Origin: Vulcanimicrobiota bacterium
GTDB lineage: Bacteria; Vulcanimicrobiota; Vulcanimicrobiia; Vulcanimicrobiales; Vulcanimicrobiaceae
Direction of reading: 5' to 3'
Assembly (NCBI GenBank): GCA_963812155.1
Contig: CAWETW010000004.1
Span: forward strand, 128,001 to 192,000
DNA: 64,000 bases
A program made the position numbers and the translations under genes. The notes under the pieces are model-generated. The model did no database searches, had not been told where the DNA came from, and saw only the letters and a program-made list of their open reading frames with translations. Below are positions 27,137-37,185 of this stretch, in pieces (the first letter of the stretch is position 1; the number at the start of each line of letters is the position of its first letter).

Positions 27137-27156
27137 GATTTCCCATCTACGGACGT

Positions 27157-27196
27157 CCGCTTGGCGGACGGCCCGCCTAGCGCGGCGGGCAGCGGG
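27157..27196 (-). promoter_or_regulatory. S6:S18 ribosomal protein leader
   Basis: Minus strand CCGCT-GC-CCGCC-loop-GGCGG-G-CCG...AGCGG: hairpin flanked by GC and CCG within an outer stem, as in the S6:S18-binding leader. Confidence 0.6.
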
Positions 27197-27368
27197 TGAG
27201 CCGCGGGCCGCTCGGGCCCCGGAACTCCCGCATCCTATCACACGTTTCGGGGCGCCAGCAATGACCCTCGGGCGGCATCTCGAACTCAATTCCCACCCGT
27301 TGCTCAGGAAACCCGAAGCCGGCTTGCTTAGGCTTCAGCAAGGAGACTAAAGGGAATAGCAACCTAGA

Positions 27369-30300
27369 GTGCCGATCGCTAAGTTCGCCGTCCACCGACG
27401 CGTAGCCGTCTCGATGATCGCACTCGCGATCGTCGTCCTGGGCGTCTTTGCGGTTCCGCGACTTCCGATTTCGCTGCTCCCCAACTTTACTCAACCGGTC
27501 GTTACCGTTTCGGTAACGTACCCGAACGTCGGCCCGCAGCAGATGGAGACGCTGATCACGCGTCCCATCGAGAACGCCGTCAGCCGCGTCAACGGCATCC
27601 AGCAGATCAACTCCAGCAGCTCCGAAGGCAACAGCAGCGTCACCGCGCAGTTCTACTTCGGCACCAATATCGATACGGCCGCGGTCGACGTCCAGGAACA
27701 AGTGTCGCGCATTTGGGGGACGTTGCCCAACGACCCGAACCTTCAGCAGCCGGTCATCACGAAGTTCGATTCCAACTCGCTGCCGGTCGTGCGCATGTTC
27801 GTCACGGATCCGAACATGACGCTGCGCGATCTCGGCGACCTGTTCACGAACGTGTTGAGCGACCAGTTCTCGTCCATCAACGGCGTCGCGGCGGTGACCG
27901 TCGGCAACGACCAGCAGCGCGCGATCATGATCGAGCCCAACACCGACGCTTTAGCGGTGAACGGCATCTCGCTGCAGCAGATCATGCAGCGCATCGCCGA
28001 AGAGAACATCAACCTGCCGGCCGGCGTGGTGCAGGTCGGCAAGAGCGAGTACTTGGTTCGCGCCAGCGCGCTGCTGCAATCGGCCAAGGAAACCGGGCAG
28101 CTCATCGTCACCACCAAGAACGGCGCGCCGATTCGCCTCGATCAAGTCGCCAAAGTCAGCGACTCGATCCTCGAGCAGCGCACGTTCCAGCGACTCAACG
28201 GCACGCCGGCGGTCGGCGTCACCATCAATGCCCAACCTGACGCCAATATCGTGGCGACCGCCGTTGGCGTCAATGCCAAGATCAAGGAACTGCAACAGCG
28301 CTATCCCGGCATGCACTTCGCCGTCGTCTTCGGACAGGAAGGCTACATTCGCGAAGCGATCGCTGCGCTCGAGCACACCGCCATTTACGGCGCGATTCTC
28401 GCCATCGTGGTCATCCTGCTCTTCCTGCACTCGTGGCGTTCGACCCTGATCGTCGCGGTATCGCTTCCCGTCTCGGTGCTCGGCACGCTCTTCGCCGCAT
28501 ACGTCTGCGGCTATTCGCTCAACATCATGACGCTCGGAGGGTTGGCACTCGCCGTAGGCTTGATCGTTGACGACGCGATCGTCGTCATCGAAAACATCTA
28601 CCGGCACATGGCGCGCGGACAGACGCCGATGGAGGCCGCCGAGACGGCAACCGCCGAGATTTTCTCAGCGGTCCTCGCGTCGTCGATTACGGTCATCACC
28701 GTGTTCGTGCCGCTCGTGCTGATTCCGGGATTGCAGGGCCTGATCTTCACGCCGTTCGCCGTGATGGTCATGGTCGCGGTAGGACTCTCGCTGCTCGTGG
28801 CGGTCACGCAAGTGCCGATGCTCTCGTCGGTGATTTTGCGGAAGAAACCGGCAGGTACGAACGGTGCGGCGACCAACGGCAAAGGGCGCGGCGCGTACGC
28901 GCGCTTTTCACGCGCCTTCGACCACCACTACGAGCGGTTCGCTCAATGGTACACGCGGCTGCTCGGCCGCGCGATCGATCGGCCCGGCATCGTGTTCGGC
29001 ATCGCCGGCGCCGTCATGCTGGTGACGCTCGTCGCCGCCGCGCTGGGAGCCGTAAAAACCGAGCTCTTTCCCTCGTCGAACTCCGGCTTCGCTCGCTTCA
29101 ACCTGCAAATGCCCACCGGCACGGCCCTTTCCGGCATGAACCAGGTCACGATCGACGTCGAGAACCGCATGCGCAAAGACGCGCGCGTGTCGGACGTTGG
29201 ATCGCTCGTGGGCTCGAGCGGTCCGGTCGGCGGCACGCAGGTCACCAACGTCGCGAGCCTTTCGGTGACGCTCAAACCCGGGGTCGTCGGCAATCAAGCA
29301 CAGCGCTTCGTCACGCAATGGACGGCTGCGCTGACAGGTTCGCGTTCGGCGAGCAGCCGCGGCCACGGGACCACGTCGTTCACACCCCAGCAAATCCGGC
29401 AGCTTCGCGCGAGCTTCGGAAATCCGATACCCGGGCTGCAAGTCTTTGGCCGCACCGTCGACATCGTGCAAAACATCATTTCGCGCGGGCAGGACGCGCT
29501 GCAGATTCAAATCTTCGGACCCGACATCAACAAACTCTACGATCTCGCCGAGTTTACGGCCATCCCCAAACTCCAGTCGTCGATCGTCGGTTTGCAGCCG
29601 CCTCAGCCCGGCATCACGACCGCGCAGCCCGAAATCGACGTGAGCGTCGACCGCGCAACCGCCGCGCAGCTGGGCGTGAGCACGCAAACGATTTCGCAGG
29701 TGGTCGACATCGCGACCGCCGGACAAACCGCATCCTTCATGCAAATCAACGGAACGCAATATCCAATCGAGGTGCAGTTGCCGGCGGCTCAGCGCCGCAG
29801 CCTGCAGACGATTCAAAGCCTGATGATTCCGGTCTCGACCGTCGCGACGGGATTGGTCGTCAACAACTCCTCGACGGCGCCGATCTCCGCCGGCACGAAC
29901 GGGGCCCTCTCGCTCAACACGGCGTCGGGCCCGAACGGCAGCTTTACGTTGCAGACGATGCCGCTCTCGGAACTGGCGAAGATCACCTTCGGCGCCGGGC
30001 CCTCCGAAATCACGCGGCAGAACAAGCAACGCGAGATCGACATCAACGCCGGCTTGAACATTCCGCTCGGCGACGCCGTTACGCAGGCGACCAAGGTCAT
30101 GAACTCGATCACGCTTCCGCCGGGTTATTACTGGGCCTTCGGACCGCAAGTGCTGCAGCAGGGGCAAACCTTTTCGAGTCTCGGACTTATCGTCGCGCTG
30201 GCAATCGTGCTCATTTACATGCTGCTGGCGTCGCAGTTCGAATCGGTACTGCACCCGCTGGTCATCATGGTCGCCGTCCCGCTGGCGTCGGCCGGCGTCG

Positions 30301-30803
30301 TTTTCGGCATCTTCTTCCGCAACTTGATCTGGCAAGCAGGCGATGCGATCTTCCGGCAACCGTACGCGCCGATGGCTTTTGGCCTGACGGCCTTCATCGG
30401 GGTCTTGATGCTGGTCGGCATCGTCGTCAAGAACGCCATTTTGGTCGTCGAGTTTAGCAATCAGTTGCGCGAGCGCGGCATGAACGCGCGCGACGCGGTG
30501 CTGCACGCGGCGCCGATGCGCCTGCGTCCGATTCTCATGACGACTTGCGCGACGATCGGCGGCATGATGCCGATCGCGCTCGGAATCGAGGCCGGCAGCC
30601 AGACCCAGTCGCCCCTGGGAACCGTCGTCATCGGCGGCCTCGCGGTGTCGACCACGCTCTCGCTCATCGTCGTACCGACGCTCTACCTATGGGCCGCGCG
30701 GCACGTCGAGCCGCGCATGGGCGGATTCCATCGCGGCATCGATCAGGCGTCGGAGCGCCGCGCCGCAGATTTCGTCGAAGAGCCGATCAGCGCAATCGAA
30801 TAG
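27369..30803 (+). CDS. RND efflux permease (AcrB/HAE1-like)
   Basis: ITRPIENAV, GLIVDDAIVVIENI, GIVVKNAIL, RLRPILMTT; 12-TM layout. Confidence 0.95.
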   Translation: MPIAKFAVHRRVAVSMIALAIVVLGVFAVPRLPISLLPNFTQPVVTVSVTYPNVGPQQMETLITRPIENAVSRVNGIQQINSSSSEGNSSVTAQFYFGTNIDTAAVDVQEQVSRIWGTLPNDPNLQQPVITKFDSNSLPVVRMFVTDPNMTLRDLGDLFTNVLSDQFSSINGVAAVTVGNDQQRAIMIEPNTDALAVNGISLQQIMQRIAEENINLPAGVVQVGKSEYLVRASALLQSAKETGQLIVTTKNGAPIRLDQVAKVSDSILEQRTFQRLNGTPAVGVTINAQPDANIVATAVGVNAKIKELQQRYPGMHFAVVFGQEGYIREAIAALEHTAIYGAILAIVVILLFLHSWRSTLIVAVSLPVSVLGTLFAAYVCGYSLNIMTLGGLALAVGLIVDDAIVVIENIYRHMARGQTPMEAAETATAEIFSAVLASSITVITVFVPLVLIPGLQGLIFTPFAVMVMVAVGLSLLVAVTQVPMLSSVILRKKPAGTNGAATNGKGRGAYARFSRAFDHHYERFAQWYTRLLGRAIDRPGIVFGIAGAVMLVTLVAAALGAVKTELFPSSNSGFARFNLQMPTGTALSGMNQVTIDVENRMRKDARVSDVGSLVGSSGPVGGTQVTNVASLSVTLKPGVVGNQAQRFVTQWTAALTGSRSASSRGHGTTSFTPQQIRQLRASFGNPIPGLQVFGRTVDIVQNIISRGQDALQIQIFGPDINKLYDLAEFTAIPKLQSSIVGLQPPQPGITTAQPEIDVSVDRATAAQLGVSTQTISQVVDIATAGQTASFMQINGTQYPIEVQLPAAQRRSLQTIQSLMIPVSTVATGLVVNNSSTAPISAGTNGALSLNTASGPNGSFTLQTMPLSELAKITFGAGPSEITRQNKQREIDINAGLNIPLGDAVTQATKVMNSITLPPGYYWAFGPQVLQQGQTFSSLGLIVALAIVLIYMLLASQFESVLHPLVIMVAVPLASAGVVFGIFFRNLIWQAGDAIFRQPYAPMAFGLTAFIGVLMLVGIVVKNAILVVEFSNQLRERGMNARDAVLHAAPMRLRPILMTTCATIGGMMPIALGIEAGSQTQSPLGTVVIGGLAVSTTLSLIVVPTLYLWAARHVEPRMGGFHRGIDQASERRAADFVEEPISAIE

Positions 30804-31547
30804 TCATCGTAAGCGAACGAAGAATGCCAACGTCATCGCGGTTCCGACCGCAATGACGATTCCCCGCGCGATCGGCTGCGGAACGCGCCGGAAGAAGCGC
30901 GCGCCGAAGTAGCCGCCGGCAAGCGCGATAACCGCCATCGGCAAGGCAAACCGCCAGTCGACGATGCGAGCGATCACGAACGGCACCAGTGCGATTCCGT
31001 TGATCGAGACGGCCAGCACGTTTTTGACGGCGTTTTGTGCGTTGAGATTCGGCAGGCCGGAAAACGCCAGTACCGCGAGCATCAAGATGCCCATGCCCGC
31101 GCCGAAGTATCCACCGTAAATCGACACGAAGAACTGCACGACGAGCTGCCACGGCGCGTGCCTCGGCACTTCCCCCGGACGCCGTAACCAGGGGCTGACG
31201 GCGAACACCGCGGTCGCGAAGAGCAGCAGCCACGGAATCATGCGCTCGAACAGCAACGGCGGCGTGATCAAGAGGGCGATGGCCCCGAGCAGTGCGCCCA
31301 CGAGGCTCACGACGACCAACGGCAACAGCAGTCCGCGATGCGCCGCAACCTCTTCCTTGTAGCCGCGCGCGCTGCCGATCGTGCCGACCCACATCGCTGC
31401 GTTGTTGGTGGCGTTGGCCGAAATCGCGGGCACGCCGGCGAACAGCAGCGCCGGAAACGAGAGAAAACTGCCGCCGCCGGCGACGCTGTTCATCGCGCCC
31501 GCGAAGAACGCCGCCACACACGGGAGCGCGATCTGTACGGTCGTCAA
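30804..31547 (-). CDS. TauE/SafE (TSUP) family permease
   Basis: NSVAGGGSFLSFPALL, ANATN, YGGYFGAGMGI. Confidence 0.9.
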   Translation of the reverse strand: MTTVQIALPCVAAFFAGAMNSVAGGGSFLSFPALLFAGVPAISANATNNAAMWVGTIGSARGYKEEVAAHRGLLLPLVVVSLVGALLGAIALLITPPLLFERMIPWLLLFATAVFAVSPWLRRPGEVPRHAPWQLVVQFFVSIYGGYFGAGMGILMLAVLAFSGLPNLNAQNAVKNVLAVSINGIALVPFVIARIVDWRFALPMAVIALAGGYFGARFFRRVPQPIARGIVIAVGTAMTLAFFVRLR

Positions 31548-31563
31548 ACGCGCTAGGGAGGCT

Positions 31564-33729
31564 CTAAGGAGCGACGCGCTCGCGCTTGGTGACGCGATAG
31601 ACGTGGCGCACGTTCTTGAGCGATTCGAGTCGCGTGATGATGCGGTGTAAATGTTCGAGGTCGCGAATTTGGACGGTGAGGCTGGTGGCGGCCACGCCGT
31701 CGCGCCGCACTCGCGCCGTCACCGAGCTCACCTGCGTCTTCAACTCGGCGAACACGGCCATGATGTCTTGCAGTAACTGCGCGCGGTCATCGGCTTCGAC
31801 TTCGACGTCGACGGCGTGCGTGAGATCCGCGTCGGTATTCCATTGCACCTGGAGAATGCGTTCGGGCACCGTTCCGTTGAGCCGTGCCACGTTCGGACAG
31901 TCGGCGCGGTGGACGTTCACGCCGCGGCCGATCGTGACGTACCCCATGATCGGATCGCCCGGAACGGGGCAGCAGCACTTCGACAGGCGCACGAGCACGT
32001 CGTCAACGCCCGCGATGCGGACGCCGCTCGATTTGCGCCCCCCGCGCCGGACCGGCGTCTTGCGCCCGATTTTGGTGAGATCGACGACGTTGCCGCTGCG
32101 AACTTCGTCGCGCACGCGATTGGCGACCGCGGTCGCCGAAACGTCGCCGAAGCCGATGGCTGCGTAGAGATCCGCCGGCGTGGAATAGTTCAGCCGCGAC
32201 GCGATGCGCTCGATGAGTTCGCCGCGAGCCGTGTCGACGCGCACGCCGCTGCGCACGAGTTCGTGCTCGAGCGACTCCTGGCCGGCCAGCACGTTCTCCT
32301 CACGGCGTTCTTTTCGGAACCACTGCTTGATCTTGTGTTTTGCGCTCGACGTTTTGACGATCGAGAGCCAGTCGAGCGAGGGATGGCCGCTCGTCTTGTT
32401 GACCAGAATCTCGCAAATGTCGCCGTTGTTGAGTTGCGAGTCGAGCGGTACGATGCGCCCGTTGACCTTCGCTCCCACGCAGTGATTGCCGACGTCGGTG
32501 TGCACCGAATAGGCGAAATCGAGCGGCGTACCGCCGGCGGGCATCGAAAAGACGTCGCCGCGCGGCGAAAACACGAATACCTGAGAGTCGAAGAGATCGA
32601 GCTTGAGGTTTTCCATGAACACGCGCGAGTCGCGCATGTCTTTCTGCCATTCGAGCAGCGCGCGCAGCCAGGAGAGCTTGTTTTCGAACTGATCGGCTTT
32701 GCCGCCCTCTTTGTAGCGCCAGTGCGCCGCGATGCCGTATTCGCTCGTACGATGCATGTCCCAGGTGCGAATTTGAATTTCGAGGGGTTCTCCCGTGGGC
32801 CCCACCACCGTCGTATGCAACGATTGGTACATATTCGGCTTCGGCATCGCAATGTAGTCTTTGAAACGGCCGGGCAGCGGCGTCCATAGCGCGTGCACCG
32901 CTCCGAGGGCGCCGTAGCAATCCTTCACCGTATCGACGATGATGCGAATGGCGGTCAGATCGTAGATCGTCGAAAAATCGCGTCCCGATTTGATCTTCGT
33001 GTAAATCGAATAGAAGTGTTTGGGGCGGCCGTGGATCTCGGCTTGGATGTTCATCGCCTTGAAGTCGTCGCGGAGCCGTGCGATCGCTTCTTGCACGTCG
33101 GCCTCACGCTCGCGCCGCGTCTTGGCGACAAGTTCGACGATTTCGCGGTACGGATCGGGGTCGAGGTAACGCAGACAATCGTCCTCGATCTCCCACTTGA
33201 TCTTCCAGATGCCGAGACGGTGGGCGATCGGCGCGTAGATGTCGAGGGTCTCCCGCGCGATGGCTTGCTGCTTGGCGGGCGGCAAACTCGACAGCGTACG
33301 CATGTTATGCAGACGATCGGCGAGCTTGATGATGATGACGCGGATGTCCTTGGCCATCGCCATGAACATCTTGCGAAGGTTTTCAACCTGCGCGTCTTCC
33401 TTGGACTGATACGGAATGCGCGTGAGTTTGGTGACGCCTTCGACGAGTTGCGCGATCTCGTCGCCGAATTCGGCCGCCACCTGCTCGCTGGTGACCGACG
33501 TGTCTTCCACGACGTCGTGCAGCAGCGCCGCGGCGATCGTCTCGCGGTCCATCTCGAGTTCGGCCAGCACGCCGGCGACTGCTAACGGATGCTCGATGTA
33601 CGACTCGCCCGACGCACGGCGTTGGCCCTCGTGAGCGGCGTCGGCGACCTCGTAGACGCGCGTCAGCCACGCCCCGTCGGCGGACGGGTCGTAGCGATGC
33701 ACGCGCTCGACGAGTTCTCGGATGGTCAT
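31564..33729 (-). CDS. rel: Bifunctional (p)ppGpp synthetase/hydrolase Rel
   Basis: H.GQ.R.SGE.YI.HP, LLHDVVED, KLADRLHNMRT, RPKH, YQSLHT, EIQIRT; TGS and ACT domains. Confidence 0.97.
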   Translation of the reverse strand: MTIRELVERVHRYDPSADGAWLTRVYEVADAAHEGQRRASGESYIEHPLAVAGVLAELEMDRETIAAALLHDVVEDTSVTSEQVAAEFGDEIAQLVEGVTKLTRIPYQSKEDAQVENLRKMFMAMAKDIRVIIIKLADRLHNMRTLSSLPPAKQQAIARETLDIYAPIAHRLGIWKIKWEIEDDCLRYLDPDPYREIVELVAKTRREREADVQEAIARLRDDFKAMNIQAEIHGRPKHFYSIYTKIKSGRDFSTIYDLTAIRIIVDTVKDCYGALGAVHALWTPLPGRFKDYIAMPKPNMYQSLHTTVVGPTGEPLEIQIRTWDMHRTSEYGIAAHWRYKEGGKADQFENKLSWLRALLEWQKDMRDSRVFMENLKLDLFDSQVFVFSPRGDVFSMPAGGTPLDFAYSVHTDVGNHCVGAKVNGRIVPLDSQLNNGDICEILVNKTSGHPSLDWLSIVKTSSAKHKIKQWFRKERREENVLAGQESLEHELVRSGVRVDTARGELIERIASRLNYSTPADLYAAIGFGDVSATAVANRVRDEVRSGNVVDLTKIGRKTPVRRGGRKSSGVRIAGVDDVLVRLSKCCCPVPGDPIMGYVTIGRGVNVHRADCPNVARLNGTVPERILQVQWNTDADLTHAVDVEVEADDRAQLLQDIMAVFAELKTQVSSVTARVRRDGVAATSLTVQIRDLEHLHRIITRLESLKNVRHVYRVTKRERVAP

Positions 33730-33781
33730 GACACTATCCGCCCATTATAGCGCGCCGTCCAAACGGCGCCAGCCCAACGGC

Positions 33782-34294
33782 CTAGGGGGATCGAGGCGCC
33801 GCCGACGGGGGCGGCCCGGATGCCGGCCGCTCGAGCGTCTCGACGTCGAGTTTGTCCTTGAAAAAGATGGTGGCGATCTTGCCGTCAGAGTCTAGGATCA
33901 TCCACATGTAGATGTTGCCTTCCAGGCACTGCATCTGGTAGATATAGCCCTGCGAGCCGGACGGAATGTCGGCCGCGCTGAACGGCCCGACGAAGCTCAT
34001 ATCGGTGAGCGGTCCCAGCGCCGATAACGCGTGGGCCACGTCGTTGACCTTGTCGTCGGTAAGTTTCGGCAGAACTTCGGCTGCATACAGGCGTTTGTTG
34101 ATGCTGCCGGCTTGCCATGCGACGAATTGCTGACGCGCGATTTTAGTGATTGCCGGGTCGGCGACGGGCGCCGCCGTCGGGGCGGGCGTCGGCGTCGGAC
34201 GCGCGCCCGCCGGCGCCGTCAATGCTACGACGATCGCCAACAGAGCGAACGCATGACGAATCGGTTGCGGCTGCACGAGGATGCGACGGCTCAC
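33782..34294 (-). CDS. Secreted hypothetical protein
   Basis: Signal peptide, Pro/Thr linker; GTGA overlap with apt. Confidence 0.7.
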   Translation of the reverse strand: MSRRILVQPQPIRHAFALLAIVVALTAPAGARPTPTPAPTAAPVADPAITKIARQQFVAWQAGSINKRLYAAEVLPKLTDDKVNDVAHALSALGPLTDMSFVGPFSAADIPSGSQGYIYQMQCLEGNIYMWMILDSDGKIATIFFKDKLDVETLERPASGPPPSAAPRSP

Positions 34295-34803
34295 GCGCGC
34301 ACGAACGAAACGACGTCGACGCCCGGAATCTTCTTGCGTCCGTCGAGCGCGGTGAGTTCGATGAGGACGGCGATGCCCTCGACGTGCGCGCCGAGACGCC
34401 CGAGCAATCGCAGCGTCGCCGCCGCGGTGCCTCCGGTCGCAAGCACGTCGTCGACGACCAGCACGCGGTCGCCCTCGGACAGCGCATCGGAATGCACTTC
34501 CAACGCGTTCGTGCCGTACTCCAGCGCATACTCTTCGCTAATCGTCGTGTACGGCAGCTTGCCGGGCTTGCGAATCGGTATGAAACCGGCTCCGAGCACG
34601 TAGGCCACCGGCGCGCCGAGAATGTAGCCGCGCGCTTCGACGCCGACGACGTAATCGATCGAGCGACCGCTAAAGTGCTCGACGAAAAGATCGACGGCTC
34701 GACGAAAACCCTCTTTGTCTTTCAGCAGCGGCGTAATGTCGCGAAACAGAACGCCGGCCAGCGGAAAATCGGGAATCGATCGAATAAGGCTTTCGATTTC
34801 CAC
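34291..34803 (-). CDS. apt: Adenine phosphoribosyltransferase
   Basis: IPDFP..GVLFRDITPLL, EARGY, RKPGKLP, VVDDVLATGGT. Confidence 0.97.
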   Translation of the reverse strand: MEIESLIRSIPDFPLAGVLFRDITPLLKDKEGFRRAVDLFVEHFSGRSIDYVVGVEARGYILGAPVAYVLGAGFIPIRKPGKLPYTTISEEYALEYGTNALEVHSDALSEGDRVLVVDDVLATGGTAAATLRLLGRLGAHVEGIAVLIELTALDGRKKIPGVDVVSFVRA

Positions 34804-34857
34804 GAAGCCTCGGTGTTCGCGCAACGATTCGGGCGGCCTTTTCGCGAAGAGGACGCT

Positions 34858-35655
34858 ATTCGGCGATCATCGCGCGCCGAACCGCCCCGCCGGCGGCTTG
34901 GCGCCTTCTTACGCAATCGTGACTCCGCCCGGCTGCTCGTTGCGTTCGCCGCGGCGCTCGCATTGCACGAAATCCTGGCCGCATTGATTCCCTCCTCGGC
35001 GCCGCACCGCGCATCGCAAGAAGTAGCCGTCAGCCAGGTGAGCGTCACGCGCCTAATGCCGACGCCGAAACCGGCTCCCACGCCACGCCGGATGCCGGTA
35101 ACGCGCGCTCGCACGGCCGTCGCGGTCACAACACCACGCGCAACGCCGGCACCGCAAGCACCCTCCGGTCGAAACGTTGCGGCTCGCGGCGGCGCGGCAC
35201 GGCCAAAGCCGCCACAGGTTTCGCATGCAAAGCCGATCTGGGACCTTCCAACGGGCGGCCGAGGATCCGCCGCGGGAAGCGCGGCCGGCTCCGGAAGCGC
35301 CGGAAGCGGGGCCGGCAACGGCTCGGGCGCCGGTGCGCAACCGTGCGGCTACGTGGAGTTTTCGGATCCGAACGGTTCGCGCTACGACCCGAACAACGGC
35401 GGCTATTGGGTCGACGTGGCGATGACCGTGCACTTCGCCGACCGCCGCACCGAGTCGCTGCTGCTCGATTACGCGTGGTTTTACCCGAACTCGGCATCCA
35501 ATCCGTGGGCGCAACAAAATCTCGACGACCCTAACTTTCCGACGCGGTTTCAGAGTCCGCCGCCGGGCAAACGCGCGAGCGAGCCGCCGCTCGTGCTGTA
35601 CGTCATCGCGCACTCGAACGGCGACGGGCTCACGCTGCTCAAGAGTTGCCCTTAG
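34858..35655 (+). CDS. Membrane-anchored Pro/Gly-rich hypothetical protein (TonB-like layout); start uncertain, possibly ATT
   Basis: TM helix with ALALH, Pro-rich then Gly-rich linker, C-terminal globular domain with two Cys. Confidence 0.6.
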   Translation: MRRSSRAEPPRRRLGAFLRNRDSARLLVAFAAALALHEILAALIPSSAPHRASQEVAVSQVSVTRLMPTPKPAPTPRRMPVTRARTAVAVTTPRATPAPQAPSGRNVAARGGAARPKPPQVSHAKPIWDLPTGGRGSAAGSAAGSGSAGSGAGNGSGAGAQPCGYVEFSDPNGSRYDPNNGGYWVDVAMTVHFADRRTESLLLDYAWFYPNSASNPWAQQNLDDPNFPTRFQSPPPGKRASEPPLVLYVIAHSNGDGLTLLKSCP

Positions 35656-36191
35656 GCTTCGTTCGACGTCAGGTGCGGCACGATGCGCTCGCGCAGATCG
35701 CCGTTCCACCGCGCGACGAACGAGTGAAGGATTCGCGCGGTAAGGCCCCAGATGCGGCGCCCTTCGAAGTCCAACACGAGGCTGCGCAGCCGCAACCCGC
35801 CGTACTCGACGCTTCCCCGCTGCAGACCGCCCTCGACGATCGTCGCGAGCGGGACGAGAAAGACGCCCGCGGTTTCGTCGCCGTCGATCGTGAGATCGCC
35901 CGCTTCGACCAGCGCGACGAACGGCGTCACGTCGAAGTTGTTCCTTACGCGCTGATGCAGCGTCGGCAGTCGCTCGACGATCGTCGCGCGGCCGCTCTCG
36001 ATACCGACCTCTTCGTGCAGTTCGCGCAACGCCGTCGCTTCCAAGCCTCCATCTTCGGGGTGCGCCCTGCCGCCCGGAAGACCGATCTGTCCCGGATGGT
36101 CGCGCAGGTGCGCGGCCCGCTCCACGAAGACGACGCCGTGCGGAAACGCGCGAAAAATCGCGATGACGACGGCGGCTTGGCGGCGCGGCAT
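35652..36191 (-). CDS. Nudix hydrolase, CoA pyrophosphatase-like
   Basis: LRDHPGQIGLPGG....ED.....TALRELHEEVGI; IWGLTARIL. Confidence 0.9.
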   Translation of the reverse strand: MPRRQAAVVIAIFRAFPHGVVFVERAAHLRDHPGQIGLPGGRAHPEDGGLEATALRELHEEVGIESGRATIVERLPTLHQRVRNNFDVTPFVALVEAGDLTIDGDETAGVFLVPLATIVEGGLQRGSVEYGGLRLRSLVLDFEGRRIWGLTARILHSFVARWNGDLRERIVPHLTSNEA

Positions 36192-36244
36192 CACCCGATA
36201 ATAGCGAAGCGGGGCGCGCTCCGGCAACCACCGAAGCTGCGCTC

Positions 36245-36619
36245 GTGAACGATCTGGCCGAACGAGAGTGCGTACCGTGCCGCGGCGGCGTGCCGCCGCT
36301 GACGCGCGAAGCGATCGCGCCGCTGCTGGAACTGCTCGAACCGGGCTGGCGCGTGCGCGACCGGCCGCACGGCGAGGGCGTCGTGCTCTCGCTCGAGCGA
36401 ACGTACCGCTACGCGAATTTCGCCGAGGCGATGACCGCCGCCGTCGCGATCGGCGAGATGGCCGAGCGCCAGCGCCACCATCCCGATTTGCACGTGGCCT
36501 GGGGTCGCCTCGGCGTCGAAGTGTGGACCCACAAAATCGGCGGCCTCACCGAAAGCGACTTTATCTTCGCGGCCAAATGCGACGCGATCGCCGCAACGCT
36601 CGCAACGCCGCCCACGTAA
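36245..36619 (+). CDS. phhB: Pterin-4a-carbinolamine dehydratase
   Basis: CVPC, AERQRHHPDL, WTHKIGGLTESDFIFAAK. Confidence 0.9.
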   Translation: MNDLAERECVPCRGGVPPLTREAIAPLLELLEPGWRVRDRPHGEGVVLSLERTYRYANFAEAMTAAVAIGEMAERQRHHPDLHVAWGRLGVEVWTHKIGGLTESDFIFAAKCDAIAATLATPPT

Positions 36620-36655
36620 CCGCCGGCCCGAGTGTTCCGGCTTCGCCGGATTACG

Positions 36656-37066
36656 TCAGGTGCACCCTTCTTCGACGTGGCAGCGCACGAGAAACTCCGT
36701 TCCGCTCGGGTGCGATATCGTCACCATCGCGATGAACGCGACCTTCTCGTCTTCGGGCGCGACGAGGACTACCACATGTCCTCGATTGACCGAGACGTCA
36801 AGCCGGGGATCGCTGCTGCTGGCGCTCCAATCGGACTTAGGCAAGAGGCGAAAGATCGCGCTCGACGCGTCTCTCGTCGTGCCGGAAATCAGCGTGATCA
36901 CCGCTTCCTCGAGATGCGGGGCGTTCGCAGCCGGGGCGATGGCGGCAATCGAGGCGGTCTCTCCGGCACTGGCTGCCGGCACGACGAGCGTTTTTATCGC
37001 GGGTGAACATCCGGCGGCGCCTAAGACCACACCGGCGGCAGCGCAAGCCATCTCTTTACGGTTCAT
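36656..37066 (-). CDS. Hypothetical lipoprotein
   Basis: AAGGAG RBS; lipobox AAGC. Confidence 0.55.
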   Translation of the reverse strand: MNRKEMACAAAGVVLGAAGCSPAIKTLVVPAASAGETASIAAIAPAANAPHLEEAVITLISGTTRDASSAIFRLLPKSDWSASSSDPRLDVSVNRGHVVVLVAPEDEKVAFIAMVTISHPSGTEFLVRCHVEEGCT

Positions 37067-37185
37067 TCGATCTCCTTTAGCGCGTCGAACTGCTTTACTC
37101 CCGCTTCGCGAAAGTCCCGGAACGATCTTGTCGTTTGCGCGGCGCGTAGCAGTTGGGTCTTCGACTTCATTCGTCAGGAGGCCCC

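Noticed and set aside
36245..36619. Pterin dehydratase as partner of the Tyr-attenuated HDO
   Set aside because: It is over 10 kb away, widely present without Phe hydroxylase, and there is no evidence of linkage.
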